A DNA stretch of 64,000 nucleotides, taken from NCBI GenBank assembly GCA_963662655.2, contig CAXXTU010000002.1, positions 2,656,001-2,720,000 of the forward strand. Direction: 5' to 3'. Made by a program: the position numbers and the translations under genes. Source of the stretch: Candidatus Cloacimonadales bacterium (GTDB taxonomy: Bacteria; Cloacimonadota; Cloacimonadia; Cloacimonadales; JAIOQZ01). Positions 1-9,667 of the stretch are shown here, in pieces. The number at the start of each line of letters is the position of its first letter. Position 1 is the stretch's first letter. Below the pieces are notes generated by a model that saw nothing but the letters and a program-made list of their open reading frames with translations, was not told where the DNA came from and did not search any database.

Positions 1-1
1 C

Positions 2-694
2 CGCTTCACCGGCTGGACGGATGTCGACCTTTCCGAGAAAGGCGTCACCGAAGCGCACGCAGCCGGGACTCTTCTCAAGGAAGACGGGTTCACCTTCGAC
101 GTGGCATACACTTCCGTCCTGAAGAGAGCGATTCGCACGCTTTGGATTACACTGGACGAGATGGACTTGATGTGGATTCCCGTCTATCGCAACTGGCGTT
201 TGAACGAGCGTCACTACGGTGACCTGCAAGGCTACAACAAAGCGGAAATGGCAGCTAAGGTAGGTGACGATCAGGTCCTCGTGTGGCGTCGCAGCTATGA
301 TATTCCGCCACCGGACCTGAGTCCGGACGATGACCGCTACCCCGGCAAGGACAGGCGTTACGACGATTTGACCGATGAAGAGCTCCCCAAGACGGAGAGC
401 CTCAAGCTAACGGTCGACCGCATGCTGCCATACTGGCATGAAGAGATATCGCATGCGATCAGAAAGGGCAAACGAGTGTTGATCGCGGCCCATGGCAACA
501 GTCTGCGCGCGCTGGTCAAATACCTGGATAACATCCCGGATGATGAGATTGTGAAGCTCAACATTCCTACCGGCGTTCCGTTGGTGTATGAGCTCGATGA
601 CGATCTCAAACCGATCCGCCATTACTACTTGGGAGACGCCGAGGCGATCAAGAAAGCAGCCGAAGCTGTGGCCAATCAGGGGAAAGCCAAGTAG
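2..694 (+). CDS. gpmA: 2,3-bisphosphoglycerate-dependent phosphoglycerate mutase (5' end outside window)
   Basis: Frame is open from position 2 ([10 protein letters not shown]); motifs [30 protein letters not shown]. Confidence 0.97.
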   Translation, partial: RFTGWTDVDLSEKGVTEAHAAGTLLKEDGFTFDVAYTSVLKRAIRTLWITLDEMDLMWIPVYRNWRLNERHYGDLQGYNKAEMAAKVGDDQVLVWRRSYDIPPPDLSPDDDRYPGKDRRYDDLTDEELPKTESLKLTVDRMLPYWHEEISHAIRKGKRVLIAAHGNSLRALVKYLDNIPDDEIVKLNIPTGVPLVYELDDDLKPIRHYYLGDAEAIKKAAEAVANQGKAK

Positions 695-701
695 TTAATA
701 A

Positions 702-950
702 GGCTCTGTTGCAAATCTGGTGGGTTATTGTATCTCAGCCCTTCCTTAGTGTCATCCTGAGCGGAGTCGAAGGATGGGTTCAGCATTGAATGGTCCTTCG
801 ACTCCGCTCAGGATGACAGAGACAGTGGTAAGCCTTCGCCCCTTTGAGGGGCACGTATTTTTTGGGTAAAACACACAAGGGTGACAGAGAAAGGAAGCTC
901 AGGATAAAACCCTTCAATAGATGCTTACCCACTCGATTTGCAACAGAGCC
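702..950. mobile_element. MITE (non-autonomous, 249 bp) with ISL3-like ends
   Basis: Terminal inverted repeats GGCTCTGTTGCAAATC (702) and GATTTGCAACAGAGCC (ends 950). The ends resemble those of the ISL3 at 35363-36709. No transposase inside. Confidence 0.8.
750..818. repeat. REP-like palindrome pair (TGTCATCCTGAGCGGAGTCGAAGGA family)
   Basis: 25-bp perfect inverted pair at 750-774 and 794-818; the same motif recurs at 26613 and 28611. Confidence 0.9.
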
Positions 951-2556
951 TAAAATTACGGCAACAGCCTTGGTCAATACGATTCATAAAAGCCTCGAAA
1001 GCAATCCAAACTGCCGTTATGTATTCTTTCTCGGGGCAGGGTGCTCTGTCAGCTCCGGAATTCCGACAGCGGGTCAACTTGTGGAGAAATGGCTACAGGA
1101 ACTCAGGGATATCCATGTAGAAGAATTTCCTGAGTTTCTGAAAGAAAGCATTCCAGACTTCGACGAAAAGAATCCTGCAAAAAGTTTTGGGGCTGTTCTG
1201 GATATTGTCTCGACGTTGTATAGTAATCGCCAGGCTGTTATTGAAAAAGAAACCGAGGGAAAGGACCCTCTGTTTGGTTATTCCATCTTTGCCAAGCTTC
1301 TGACGCACGAGAAGTTCGGCAGGAGAATGAATCTGGTGCTGACAACCAACTTCGACGATTTGATTGCAGACTCCATCTACCTTTATACGAAGAAGAAACC
1401 GTTCGTTATCTACCATGAGAAGGAAGCGGACCAGCTCGATTTCAACGATTCGAGAATACGCATTCTCAAGCTGCACGGCGACGCGCTACGTGATCCCAAG
1501 GCGACCGATCAGCAAATCCAGAATCTGGATCAAGCGTACCTGGAGAAATTGCCCTCACTCCTTGCCAACTGCGCCATCGTTTTTATGGGTTACGGCGGAA
1601 ACGATCCCAGCATCGTCGAGCTGCTTGAGAAAATCGAGCATAAAAAAGGCGATGCTCCCCACTATTATTGGGTAACAAGCAAGAAGCCAGACGATAAGAC
1701 CGTCCTGGGGAAATGGCTTGGCGAGCATAACACAAGTTATTGGGTAAACCATCGGGGATTTGATTTGCTGATGCTGCAAATTAGCCAGAAATTCGGGCTG
1801 GAATTACCGAAACGGAAGCGATTTGACGATCTGTTTAAAGAATTGAATTCACGACTCGACAAACTTCAAAAAGAAATCGATCAAATAAAAAATCCGAAAG
1901 CAAAAACCGAAAGTGAGAAAGCTCTGAACGACATACTCGATACCTACGACGACCCATGGAAATATGCCATGAAGGCCGAGCAAGTGAAGAACGAGAATCC
2001 AGACCTCGCGGAGCAATACTATGAAAAGGCTATCGAATTGGCCCCTGATAACGCATCAATTCTAGGCAATTACGCGCTATTCCTAAAAAAAATTCGCAAG
2101 GACTATGACAAGGCGGAGGAATACTACAAGAAAGCGCTGGAGATTGATCCAAAGCATGCAAACAACCTTGCAAATTACGCACTATTCATTGATGAAATTC
2201 GCAAGGACTATGATGAAGCGGAGGAATACTACAAGAAAGCGCTGGAGATTGATCCAAAGCATGCAAACAACCTCGGAAATTACGGGAATTTCATGAAAAA
2301 TATTCGCAAGGACTATGATAAAGCAGAGAAATTCTTCAGAAAGCGCTCGAACTTGATTCAGGACACACAACCAAGCTCGGCACGCATGCATAGTCCACAA
2401 CCGATATCCGCAAGAATCAGAAAGCGCTCGAACTTGATTCAGGACACACAACCAAGCTCGGCACACATGCATAGTCCACAACCGATATCCGCAAGACGAA
2501 GTAAATATCGTAGTAAAAGATTCCCCTACAAATACCCATCCCGGGGCAACAGGTAG
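844..2556 (+). CDS. SIR2-family (SIR2_2-like) domain plus TPR repeats, putative defence protein; both ends appear damaged
   Basis: FLGAGCSVSSGIP, TTNFDDL, KLHGD and FMGYGGND motifs, followed by 35-aa TPR repeats. The called start lies inside the MITE, and the last TPRs are frameshifted near 2338. Confidence 0.8.
   Translation: MRGTYFLGKTHKGDRERKLRIKPFNRCLPTRFATEPKITATALVNTIHKSLESNPNCRYVFFLGAGCSVSSGIPTAGQLVEKWLQELRDIHVEEFPEFLKESIPDFDEKNPAKSFGAVLDIVSTLYSNRQAVIEKETEGKDPLFGYSIFAKLLTHEKFGRRMNLVLTTNFDDLIADSIYLYTKKKPFVIYHEKEADQLDFNDSRIRILKLHGDALRDPKATDQQIQNLDQAYLEKLPSLLANCAIVFMGYGGNDPSIVELLEKIEHKKGDAPHYYWVTSKKPDDKTVLGKWLGEHNTSYWVNHRGFDLLMLQISQKFGLELPKRKRFDDLFKELNSRLDKLQKEIDQIKNPKAKTESEKALNDILDTYDDPWKYAMKAEQVKNENPDLAEQYYEKAIELAPDNASILGNYALFLKKIRKDYDKAEEYYKKALEIDPKHANNLANYALFIDEIRKDYDEAEEYYKKALEIDPKHANNLGNYGNFMKNIRKDYDKAEKFFRKRSNLIQDTQPSSARMHSPQPISARIRKRSNLIQDTQPSSAHMHSPQPISARRSKYRSKRFPYKYPSRGNR
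2092..2496 (+). repeat. Intragenic tandem repeats: 105-bp TPR units, then an 81-bp duplication
   Basis: ATTCGCAAGGACTATGA at 2092, 2197 and 2302; CAGAAAGCGCTCGAACTTGATTC at 2337 and 2418. Confidence 0.9.
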
Positions 2557-3497
2557 TTCTGCACGTAGTCGGTAACGGCTTCTTCGAGGGTGTGGCACCG
2601 GATATCGCAGCCGGCGGCTGAGAACTTGTTCATCTCCGCCTGGGTGAAATACTGGTATTTCCCCTTGAAACGCTCGGGCATATCGAAATACTCGATGTCC
2701 GGCCTCTTCTTCATGGCGGAGAACACCGCGTTCGCGAGGTCGTTCCAGCTACGGGCAATCCCTGTACCCACATTGAAGATACCGTTCACGTCGGGGTGAT
2801 TCATCAACCACCACGTGTACTCCACCGCGTCTTTCACGTAGATGAAATCGCGCTGCTGTCCGCCATCGGCATACTCCTTCCTGTCGGACTTGAACAACCG
2901 GATTTTGCCCGTGTCGCGAATCTGCTCGAACGCCTTGTGGACCATGGAGCGCATGTCGCCCTTGTGGTATTCGTTGGGCCCGAATACGTTGAAGAACTTC
3001 AATCCTGCCATGTTATCGATCGCCCCCGAGCGGACTGCCCAGAGGTCGAAGACATGCTTGGAGTAGCCGTACATGTTGCGCGGTTTCAGGAGTTGGATGT
3101 TATCTTCGCTATCGCTGTAGCCTTGCTCGCCTTCGCCATAAGTGGCGGCGCTGCTGGCGTAGATGAAGCGTACATTGTTTTCGATGGCCCACTCCGCCAG
3201 AACGCGCGTGTAACGGTAGTTGTTCTCCATCAGGTAGTCCGCGTCTGATTCGGTGGTGGATGAGCAGGCACCCATGTGGATGATCGCTTCGATTGCGCCA
3301 TCGTACGCCCCGGCCTGAATCTGCTCGATGAAATCCAGCTTGTGGATGTAGTCCATATAGCTCAGATTCACCAGGTTCTTCCACTTGTTCGATTCACCCA
3401 GGTTATCCACGATAATTATCTGTGCAATGCCTTCCGCGTTCAGTCGGGAAACAAACGCGCTCCCGATCAATCCGGCCCCACCCGTTACGATGATCAT
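2526..3497 (-). CDS. hldD: ADP-L-glycero-D-manno-heptose 6-epimerase
   Basis: IIVTGGAGLIGS, HMGACSSTTE, YASSAATYG, YGYSK, FFNVFGPNEYHKG, RDFIYVKD. Confidence 0.95.
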   Translation of the reverse strand: MIIVTGGAGLIGSAFVSRLNAEGIAQIIIVDNLGESNKWKNLVNLSYMDYIHKLDFIEQIQAGAYDGAIEAIIHMGACSSTTESDADYLMENNYRYTRVLAEWAIENNVRFIYASSAATYGEGEQGYSDSEDNIQLLKPRNMYGYSKHVFDLWAVRSGAIDNMAGLKFFNVFGPNEYHKGDMRSMVHKAFEQIRDTGKIRLFKSDRKEYADGGQQRDFIYVKDAVEYTWWLMNHPDVNGIFNVGTGIARSWNDLANAVFSAMKKRPDIEYFDMPERFKGKYQYFTQAEMNKFSAAGCDIRCHTLEEAVTDYVQNYLLPRDGYL

Positions 3498-4459
3498 CAC
3501 ATCACTCCTTGTATCGTTTGAATATCGAGTTTAGAATAGTTTTTAAAATGGATTTTGGCAACCTTTTTCATCTCGCCCTTCCCGAATTTCGCCACGAACG
3601 CTTTCGCCGCGACATCCACGGGTGCGCCGCCTCCTTTGGGAAATTCCATGCCGAATCGCTCCGACATCCTGTCCATCTCCATCAGGAATCGATGACGCGC
3701 CAAAATCGAAGCCGCCGCCACCGCCGGATCTGCTTCCGCGCGCTCCACATTCACCAGCGGAATGTCACGCAGATCGCGCAGGCTGCTCTTCAGCACGTAC
3801 TCGGCAGCAAATTTGTCCACGACCACGCCCTGGGTCGGGAAACGCTGATAGCTGTTCACCAGAACACGGGCGTGCATCCAGGCGAGAAGCTGGTTCAGCT
3901 TCTTGCCCTGCGACCGGAAGTTTTCGTACAGGTCATTGTATTTCTCGGGAAGAAGCGCCATGATCTCGATCCGGTGCCGGAACCTGTGGTGCAGCTTCTC
4001 TGCGATCACGTGGATGTTCTTGTCGGATATCTTCTTCGAGTCGTCCAACGGATACCCGCGGAGATTCCCGAGCGTCTCCTGATCCACGTTGAACGCGCAC
4101 ACGACCAGGGGACCGAAGAAATCACCCTTGCCCGATTCGTCCGAGCCAATCCAGCTCGTCCAGTCGTGCAGCATGGATTCGCAATGCTCGTGCAGGATGT
4201 GGTCGATTCCATCGCGGAGCGGGTTATCCTTCCTCCCGCCATACACGACCGATAGTCCCTTCTTCTTCGACCAATATACATTCAATGGAATCGATTGCTC
4301 CCCCCTGCTCAACGTCAATTGCACGCCGTACGGGATTTCCTTCTCGTCGTCAAGAACAATACCCGAGTGCTCAAACTTGGGAAGCTTCTCTTCCAGCCAG
4401 TCCAAAATCGCCTTTTCCAATACTTCCACCTCTTTCGTTATCAGGGCACTTTTCACCAT
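3497..4459 (-). CDS. rnhC: Ribonuclease HIII
   Basis: IGSDESGKGDFFGPLVV, DSKK, VAAASILAR, KIHF, plus an N-terminal extension; start uncertain. Confidence 0.9.
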   Translation of the reverse strand: MVKSALITKEVEVLEKAILDWLEEKLPKFEHSGIVLDDEKEIPYGVQLTLSRGEQSIPLNVYWSKKKGLSVVYGGRKDNPLRDGIDHILHEHCESMLHDWTSWIGSDESGKGDFFGPLVVCAFNVDQETLGNLRGYPLDDSKKISDKNIHVIAEKLHHRFRHRIEIMALLPEKYNDLYENFRSQGKKLNQLLAWMHARVLVNSYQRFPTQGVVVDKFAAEYVLKSSLRDLRDIPLVNVERAEADPAVAAASILARHRFLMEMDRMSERFGMEFPKGGGAPVDVAAKAFVAKFGKGEMKKVAKIHFKNYSKLDIQTIQGVM

Positions 4460-4485
4460 CAGCGTTTTCCGTCAACTTTCTTGCA

Positions 4486-4513
4486 TTGACAAATCAACAG
4501 CAACACGTAACTT
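4486..4513 (+). promoter_or_regulatory. Putative sigma70-type promoter
   Basis: TTGACA-N16-TAACTT; a similar TTGACC-N17-TAACTT precedes aqpZ. Confidence 0.4.
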
Positions 4514-4517
4514 CCAC

Positions 4518-4646
4518 CACGGATGCAGATTCGTTCGATCTCCTTTTTCAACATGGTGTTTCACAGCTTTATCGCCTTTGAATATACCATTATAAAGCTG
4601 TGGTATATCCACGTTGAAAAAGGAGATCGGGCGAAGGTGCACCGTG
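4518..4646 (+). ncRNA. Unidentified long-hairpin element, copy 1
   Basis: Long imperfect stem with G-T pairs on the + strand; homologous copy at 52793-52906. Confidence 0.5.
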
Positions 4647-4697
4647 CGATAAGACTTGTACAACAACAAGTCGAGCAGTAAACATCGTGGAGTCGTC

Positions 4698-5543
4698 ATG
4701 AAGAGAATAGGAGCACACGTCAGCGCGGCCGGAGGTGTATTCAACGCACCGCTCAATGCAAGCAAGATCGGCGCGAAAGCCTTTGCGCTTTTCACCAAGA
4801 ATCAGAAACAGTGGAAAACTAAGCCGCTCACAGACATTGATATTGAGCAATTCAAGCAGAATTGCGAACAACACGGATACTTAACGGAGCACATTCTCCC
4901 GCACGATTCCTATCTGATAAATCTGGGCAATCCCGATCCCGAGAAGCGAGCAAAATCTGTTGACGCATTCATCGATGAACTCCTTCGCTGCGAAGCGCTC
5001 GGACTCAAACTCCTGAACTTCCACCCGGGAAGCCACCTGGGCATTCTTTCGGAAGACGACTGCCTCAAAACCATCGCCGATAGCGTCAACGAAGCGTTAT
5101 CGCATACAATATCGGCCGTTGCTGTGATCGAAAATACCTCCGGGCAAGGAAACAACGTCGGATATCGCTTTGAACATCTGGCACGCATTATCGAATTGGT
5201 AGATCGAAAAGATCGTATCGGCGTCTGCATCGATACCTGTCATGCCTTCACCGCCGGCTATGATTTTCGCACACGGGATTTATACGAAAAAACGTTTCAC
5301 GAACTTGACTCGATCATTGGCATTCGTTATCTGAAAGGCATGCATCTTAACGACACGAAGAAAGCGCAGGGAAGCCGCGTCGATCGCCACGCTTCCATCG
5401 GTGAAGGTGAACTGGGAATCGAATCCTTCCGCTACATCGTCAACGACCCTCGACTCGACGAAATCCCCCTGATTCTCGAGACTCCGGATGAAACCATCTG
5501 GGACAAGGAAATCGAGCTTCTTTATTCCCTGATATTGAAATGA
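4698..5543 (+). CDS. nfo: Endonuclease IV
   Basis: [48 protein letters not shown]. Confidence 0.97.
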   Translation: MKRIGAHVSAAGGVFNAPLNASKIGAKAFALFTKNQKQWKTKPLTDIDIEQFKQNCEQHGYLTEHILPHDSYLINLGNPDPEKRAKSVDAFIDELLRCEALGLKLLNFHPGSHLGILSEDDCLKTIADSVNEALSHTISAVAVIENTSGQGNNVGYRFEHLARIIELVDRKDRIGVCIDTCHAFTAGYDFRTRDLYEKTFHELDSIIGIRYLKGMHLNDTKKAQGSRVDRHASIGEGELGIESFRYIVNDPRLDEIPLILETPDETIWDKEIELLYSLILK

Positions 5544-5576
5544 TACCAATCGCTGAGAATATACTATACTCGCTCA

Positions 5577-7289
5577 TCAATCCTTGAAGTACTTGGCCTT
5601 TGCATCAAGGTCGTCCTGCAATAGGTGCGTCATCTCGACAATAATCCAGATTCTGAGAAGCAGCATGATTCTGGAAACATTTTTCTTGAAGAGATTGTAT
5701 CTGATTTCTTTCACAAACTGAGGTATCAGTGGCCTGATGATTTCGCGAAAGCTCCTTTTCTTGCTTTTGGTATCCACGTTTTTGATACTTGAAATCCATC
5801 TCTTCGCATCGCTGATCATTTTGGGAGACAGCATCGGGTGATGCCGAACTCTCTCCAAGCTCTGGCTGATGCAATTCAAAGTATCTGGATTGGAAAGCAT
5901 GTTCTTGAAGGATGTAATCGCATTGTATTTGGCATAGGGGATATCAGGAGACAACTCGGCAAGAACTGATTTATACAGCTTTCTATCGGTTCTGTATTGA
6001 TCGGCCAAAGTTCGTATAAACCTTATGATCCGATTGTCTAAATAAGGTTTCTCCACTTCGACATAAGTATATTTAATATCGGACAACGCCGACAGTGCGC
6101 CAGGAATCCTATGCTCCTGATACAAGCGATCCCGTAATGTAGGAGCTGATTCATTTGCTTCTGACCGGGTTATCTCAGACAGATCGATCGGTTCGCAATT
6201 CCATCTCTCCATTGCTGGATCTATCGTTCTTGTAGATATTCCCGCCAGTTTTATTGCCATTTTCTTACTACGAGCCACCGGACTTCCGAAGGGTTGTTCT
6301 CCTCGCAAGATACCGACATATTTTCTTTTGAACAAAGTGCTCCAGATAAACATGCCGTCCCAATAACCATGAATTGCATCGCATCGCCCTTCGGAACAAA
6401 CCAAAAAGCGATCCATTTTCGTTTTGCAGGAAAGCTCATCAACGCTAGAACTTAGATACTCATGCTGTACATCATAGTGCTCGGCAAGTTTCTGAGCTAC
6501 CCAATTGTCGCTCAATTCCCTTTCACGATTTGCCTCTACACCCCATGTGAGTGTATGGATTCTGCTCTTGTCAACGAGACCGTTGAGAATACATAAAATC
6601 CCTCTGCTATCATATCCACCCGATAGAGGAATGAGATAAGTGCCCTTATCCGAAACAAAGTCCTTCACAGATTGAACCAACAAACCTCGAAGCTCGTTTT
6701 TCAATTCCTTCTCTTTCTTCCGAACCGCCTTGAACTCTGTCTTTTCCTTGCTTCGAGAAATCTTCCATGTCTGAATATCCAGAGTGAGAGTTTCGCCAAT
6801 ATCGAGCGATTTGAGCCTTGTGTCCCAAGCATTCGACGGCCCCTGATAACCAACCATCAGCATCCAGGAAATCGCCTGCTGATTCAATTCAAAGCCGGGA
6901 ATGCAATAGAGGAGAGCTCTTTGGGATGTTGACGCCAGGAAAACATCGTCGTCATGATACCACCAAATGGTTCGGGAGGCAGTCAGATCTGCTACGAGCT
7001 CCACTTTCTCCTCATTCGAACGTATGATACCATAGTTTCCTGTCTCGACGGTCGTGCCTACCTCAAACCAATCCTTGTCTATCGTTCTTCCCATACACAC
7101 TGAAAGCTCGTGGGATTTTATCGCCGGGTGTGGGTTGAAGATGTACAACTCCTTATGATCTTGATTTCTATAGATCGATGGCTCCGGAGTCAGATTATCA
7201 GGGCAAAGCATTTGATCAAGATCGCCTTGAACACGCTGTATTATTTGACTTGCACCGTTTCTTCTATATGAGAACAGGACTTTGGACAT
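5577..7289 (-). CDS. Asparagine synthase-related ATP-dependent amide ligase
   Basis: PP-loop LSGGYDSR and a PYLD-type motif; N-terminal Ntn-like region with no Cys at position 2; AT-richer than neighbours; RBS GGAGA. Confidence 0.7.
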   Translation of the reverse strand: MSKVLFSYRRNGASQIIQRVQGDLDQMLCPDNLTPEPSIYRNQDHKELYIFNPHPAIKSHELSVCMGRTIDKDWFEVGTTVETGNYGIIRSNEEKVELVADLTASRTIWWYHDDDVFLASTSQRALLYCIPGFELNQQAISWMLMVGYQGPSNAWDTRLKSLDIGETLTLDIQTWKISRSKEKTEFKAVRKKEKELKNELRGLLVQSVKDFVSDKGTYLIPLSGGYDSRGILCILNGLVDKSRIHTLTWGVEANRERELSDNWVAQKLAEHYDVQHEYLSSSVDELSCKTKMDRFLVCSEGRCDAIHGYWDGMFIWSTLFKRKYVGILRGEQPFGSPVARSKKMAIKLAGISTRTIDPAMERWNCEPIDLSEITRSEANESAPTLRDRLYQEHRIPGALSALSDIKYTYVEVEKPYLDNRIIRFIRTLADQYRTDRKLYKSVLAELSPDIPYAKYNAITSFKNMLSNPDTLNCISQSLERVRHHPMLSPKMISDAKRWISSIKNVDTKSKKRSFREIIRPLIPQFVKEIRYNLFKKNVSRIMLLLRIWIIVEMTHLLQDDLDAKAKYFKD

Positions 7290-7378
7290 ATATTCTCCCA
7301 AAATTGATATTTAAATAATCCATTTGAATTTTGCCAAACATAAATAAGCCGGAAATCTTTCTGTCAAGTTTTTTCAGG

Positions 7379-9493
7379 TCACTTCCTGCCCGGTTCCAGT
7401 ATATTGAAACAGACCTCTCGATTCTTCGAATGACCCTCAACCCGTCTTCCCGATGGTTCCACGTGAAACCTGCTGATGTTACAGTCCTCGCGCCGAATCG
7501 AGCGTTGGAAGCCATCATCTTCCCATAATTCGAGCTCCGTTTCTTCTGCAACCAAACCGAGCACGACATATCTCCCCGACACCGAGTCGGTCGAGTTCCC
7601 GGGTTCCGTCAGGATAAGTAGTCTGTTTTCCGGAATGAAGAGCAGCATCTCGTTCAGGTCGGCTTTCACATAGTGGTGACCGGCCGGAAGGATTTCTGTC
7701 TGATAATCATCCCACCGTTTCATTCGCAGCATCAGCCACCTTTCCTCAGGGAGATACACATATCTTCCCCTCGCGTTGGGCTGATGGACGGGCGCAGCCA
7801 TCAGGGAATCTCCAATAAAATACTGATCCTCGAATTCGCTGAGCGCAGGCTGTTCGTACTGGTAAGCCAGCGGCCTTATCAAGGGTATCCCTTTATTCGC
7901 GGCCTTGAGGAACTCCGAATAGATATACGGCATGAGCGCATACCGGATGCGAATCGCCTCTCTCACGGCACTCAGGATGGTCTCGCCAAACTGCCAGGGC
8001 TCCTGATCACGGGTTCCGGCAGCGCTGTGGTTACGAAAAAACGGCGTCAGCGCCCCTAACTGCGTCCAGCGAACAAGAAGTTCCGGGCTCACATGGTCGT
8101 TGAAACCGCCCACATCGGCACCGCAGAACAAAAACCCGCAAAGATTCAGATTCTGGATCATTCTCATCTGCAAGATCAAATGCTCCCAACGACTGCTGTT
8201 GTCGCCGGTCCATAGACCGCTGATCCGGTGCATTCCGCTGTAGCTCGATCGAGAGAAAATGAACCTCCGCTGCTTATCATCCTCGAAAGCCTGACTGGTC
8301 GCCATGGTCATACCGTATCCATAGAGGTTGTGAACGTCCCAGTGATTCACCAATTCCCCGGCATCCGTATGCTGGCTCATGGTCTTGAAATTCTCCCGAT
8401 AATTCTGGATATCCTCGCAAGCCCAACGCAAATTGAAGATATCCCAAGGCTGAAGACCGTCCTTGTCCTCCAGTTTCACCACTGCGTCCTCGATCCGCTT
8501 CAGGCTGTGATCGGTGAAGAACATCGCCGGTTCATTCATGTCGTTCCAGACCCCCGCGAAACCTCTTTCCGTAAGCCTTTTAACATGGCTGCTCCACCAG
8601 GTGCGCGTCTTTGAGCTAAGGAAATTCGGCAGATGCGTCCAGCCCGGCCAAACGGCCAGTCGATAGGGATGCCCATCATCATCGGTACAGAAATGTTTGT
8701 CCGCGATTCCCTCCCGATACACGGAATAATCGGGATCGATCTTCACGCCCGGGTCGATGATCGAAACGAGACGAACACCCTTTTCGAGCAAGTCTCCCGC
8801 CAGCTTCTTCACGTTCGGGAAACGCTTTTCATCGATCGTGAACACGCGGTAACCGTCCATATAGTCGATGTCGACGTGGATCGTATCGAGCGGAATCCCG
8901 TGCTCCTCGAATTTATCCACAATCGCACGCACGGAGGCATCGTTGGGATAGCTCCATCGGCTTTGATGATACCCGAACGCCCACCTCGGAGGAACATAGG
9001 AAGAACCGGTCAGCCTCAGGTATTCCCGCGAGCTTTCTCTCAAGGAATCCGCCTGCCATAGATAGATATCCGCAGAGCCCGAAGGAATGGTTATCCTGAT
9101 TCGATCATGCTGCGTGAATCCGATGTCGAAATCCATTTCCGACGGGTAATCGATGAACAGACCGATGCACGGCTCCCCACTTATGAACAGCACCGGATGC
9201 GAGCTGTAAAGCGCATCCTTGTCCGGATTGTGGTGAGGCTCATCGACACACCATGCGCGATACCGGCGTCCGCGTTTATTCAGCGCGCCAAGCTGCTCGC
9301 CCAGCCCAAGGACGATTTGCTCGTTTCGCAGGGCCAGCTCCAGCCGGATTTGATTGTCTGTCTCTTCGATCTCAATTATATTGTTTTGCGTGAACGCTTC
9401 GGTAGAATTCCATTGATCGATAACCACTGCCGGAGTACGAAACGGCGTTCCGAACCTCAGCCGGAAAATTTTCTCATTGCGATGGGTATTCAT
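7379..9493 (-). CDS. Glycoside hydrolase family 31 (alpha-glucosidase)
   Basis: GYHQSRWSY, DIDYM, WNDMNEP nucleophile motif, WTGDN, GADVGGF, FFRNHS. Confidence 0.93.
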   Translation of the reverse strand: MNTHRNEKIFRLRFGTPFRTPAVVIDQWNSTEAFTQNNIIEIEETDNQIRLELALRNEQIVLGLGEQLGALNKRGRRYRAWCVDEPHHNPDKDALYSSHPVLFISGEPCIGLFIDYPSEMDFDIGFTQHDRIRITIPSGSADIYLWQADSLRESSREYLRLTGSSYVPPRWAFGYHQSRWSYPNDASVRAIVDKFEEHGIPLDTIHVDIDYMDGYRVFTIDEKRFPNVKKLAGDLLEKGVRLVSIIDPGVKIDPDYSVYREGIADKHFCTDDDGHPYRLAVWPGWTHLPNFLSSKTRTWWSSHVKRLTERGFAGVWNDMNEPAMFFTDHSLKRIEDAVVKLEDKDGLQPWDIFNLRWACEDIQNYRENFKTMSQHTDAGELVNHWDVHNLYGYGMTMATSQAFEDDKQRRFIFSRSSYSGMHRISGLWTGDNSSRWEHLILQMRMIQNLNLCGFLFCGADVGGFNDHVSPELLVRWTQLGALTPFFRNHSAAGTRDQEPWQFGETILSAVREAIRIRYALMPYIYSEFLKAANKGIPLIRPLAYQYEQPALSEFEDQYFIGDSLMAAPVHQPNARGRYVYLPEERWLMLRMKRWDDYQTEILPAGHHYVKADLNEMLLFIPENRLLILTEPGNSTDSVSGRYVVLGLVAEETELELWEDDGFQRSIRREDCNISRFHVEPSGRRVEGHSKNREVCFNILEPGRK

Positions 9494-9558
9494 GTTACCT
9501 CCATGTTAACAATATCCACCCATTTCCTATGTGTCCAGCGCTTTTGTGTATAATTGTG

Positions 9559-9586
9559 CTAACACGAAATTAACACACTGCTAACG
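9559..9586. promoter_or_regulatory. Putative Pho box (three repeats, 11-bp period)
   Basis: CTAACA-N5-TTAACA-N5-CTAACG, between the divergent GH31 and phoB genes. Confidence 0.65.
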
Positions 9587-9667
9587 CATGATTTATGAGG
9601 TTTTTTCGTTTGACAAGGAACCCCATCTGTTAATTTCATCCCACTAAAGAAAGGATGGAGGAGATTT

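Noticed and set aside
702..717. IS6-family element (ends resemble IS26/IS6100 GGC(A/T)CTGTTGCAAA)
   Set aside because: No IS6 transposase is present, and the extended ends match the ISL3 in this window, whose transposase has clear ISL3 motifs.
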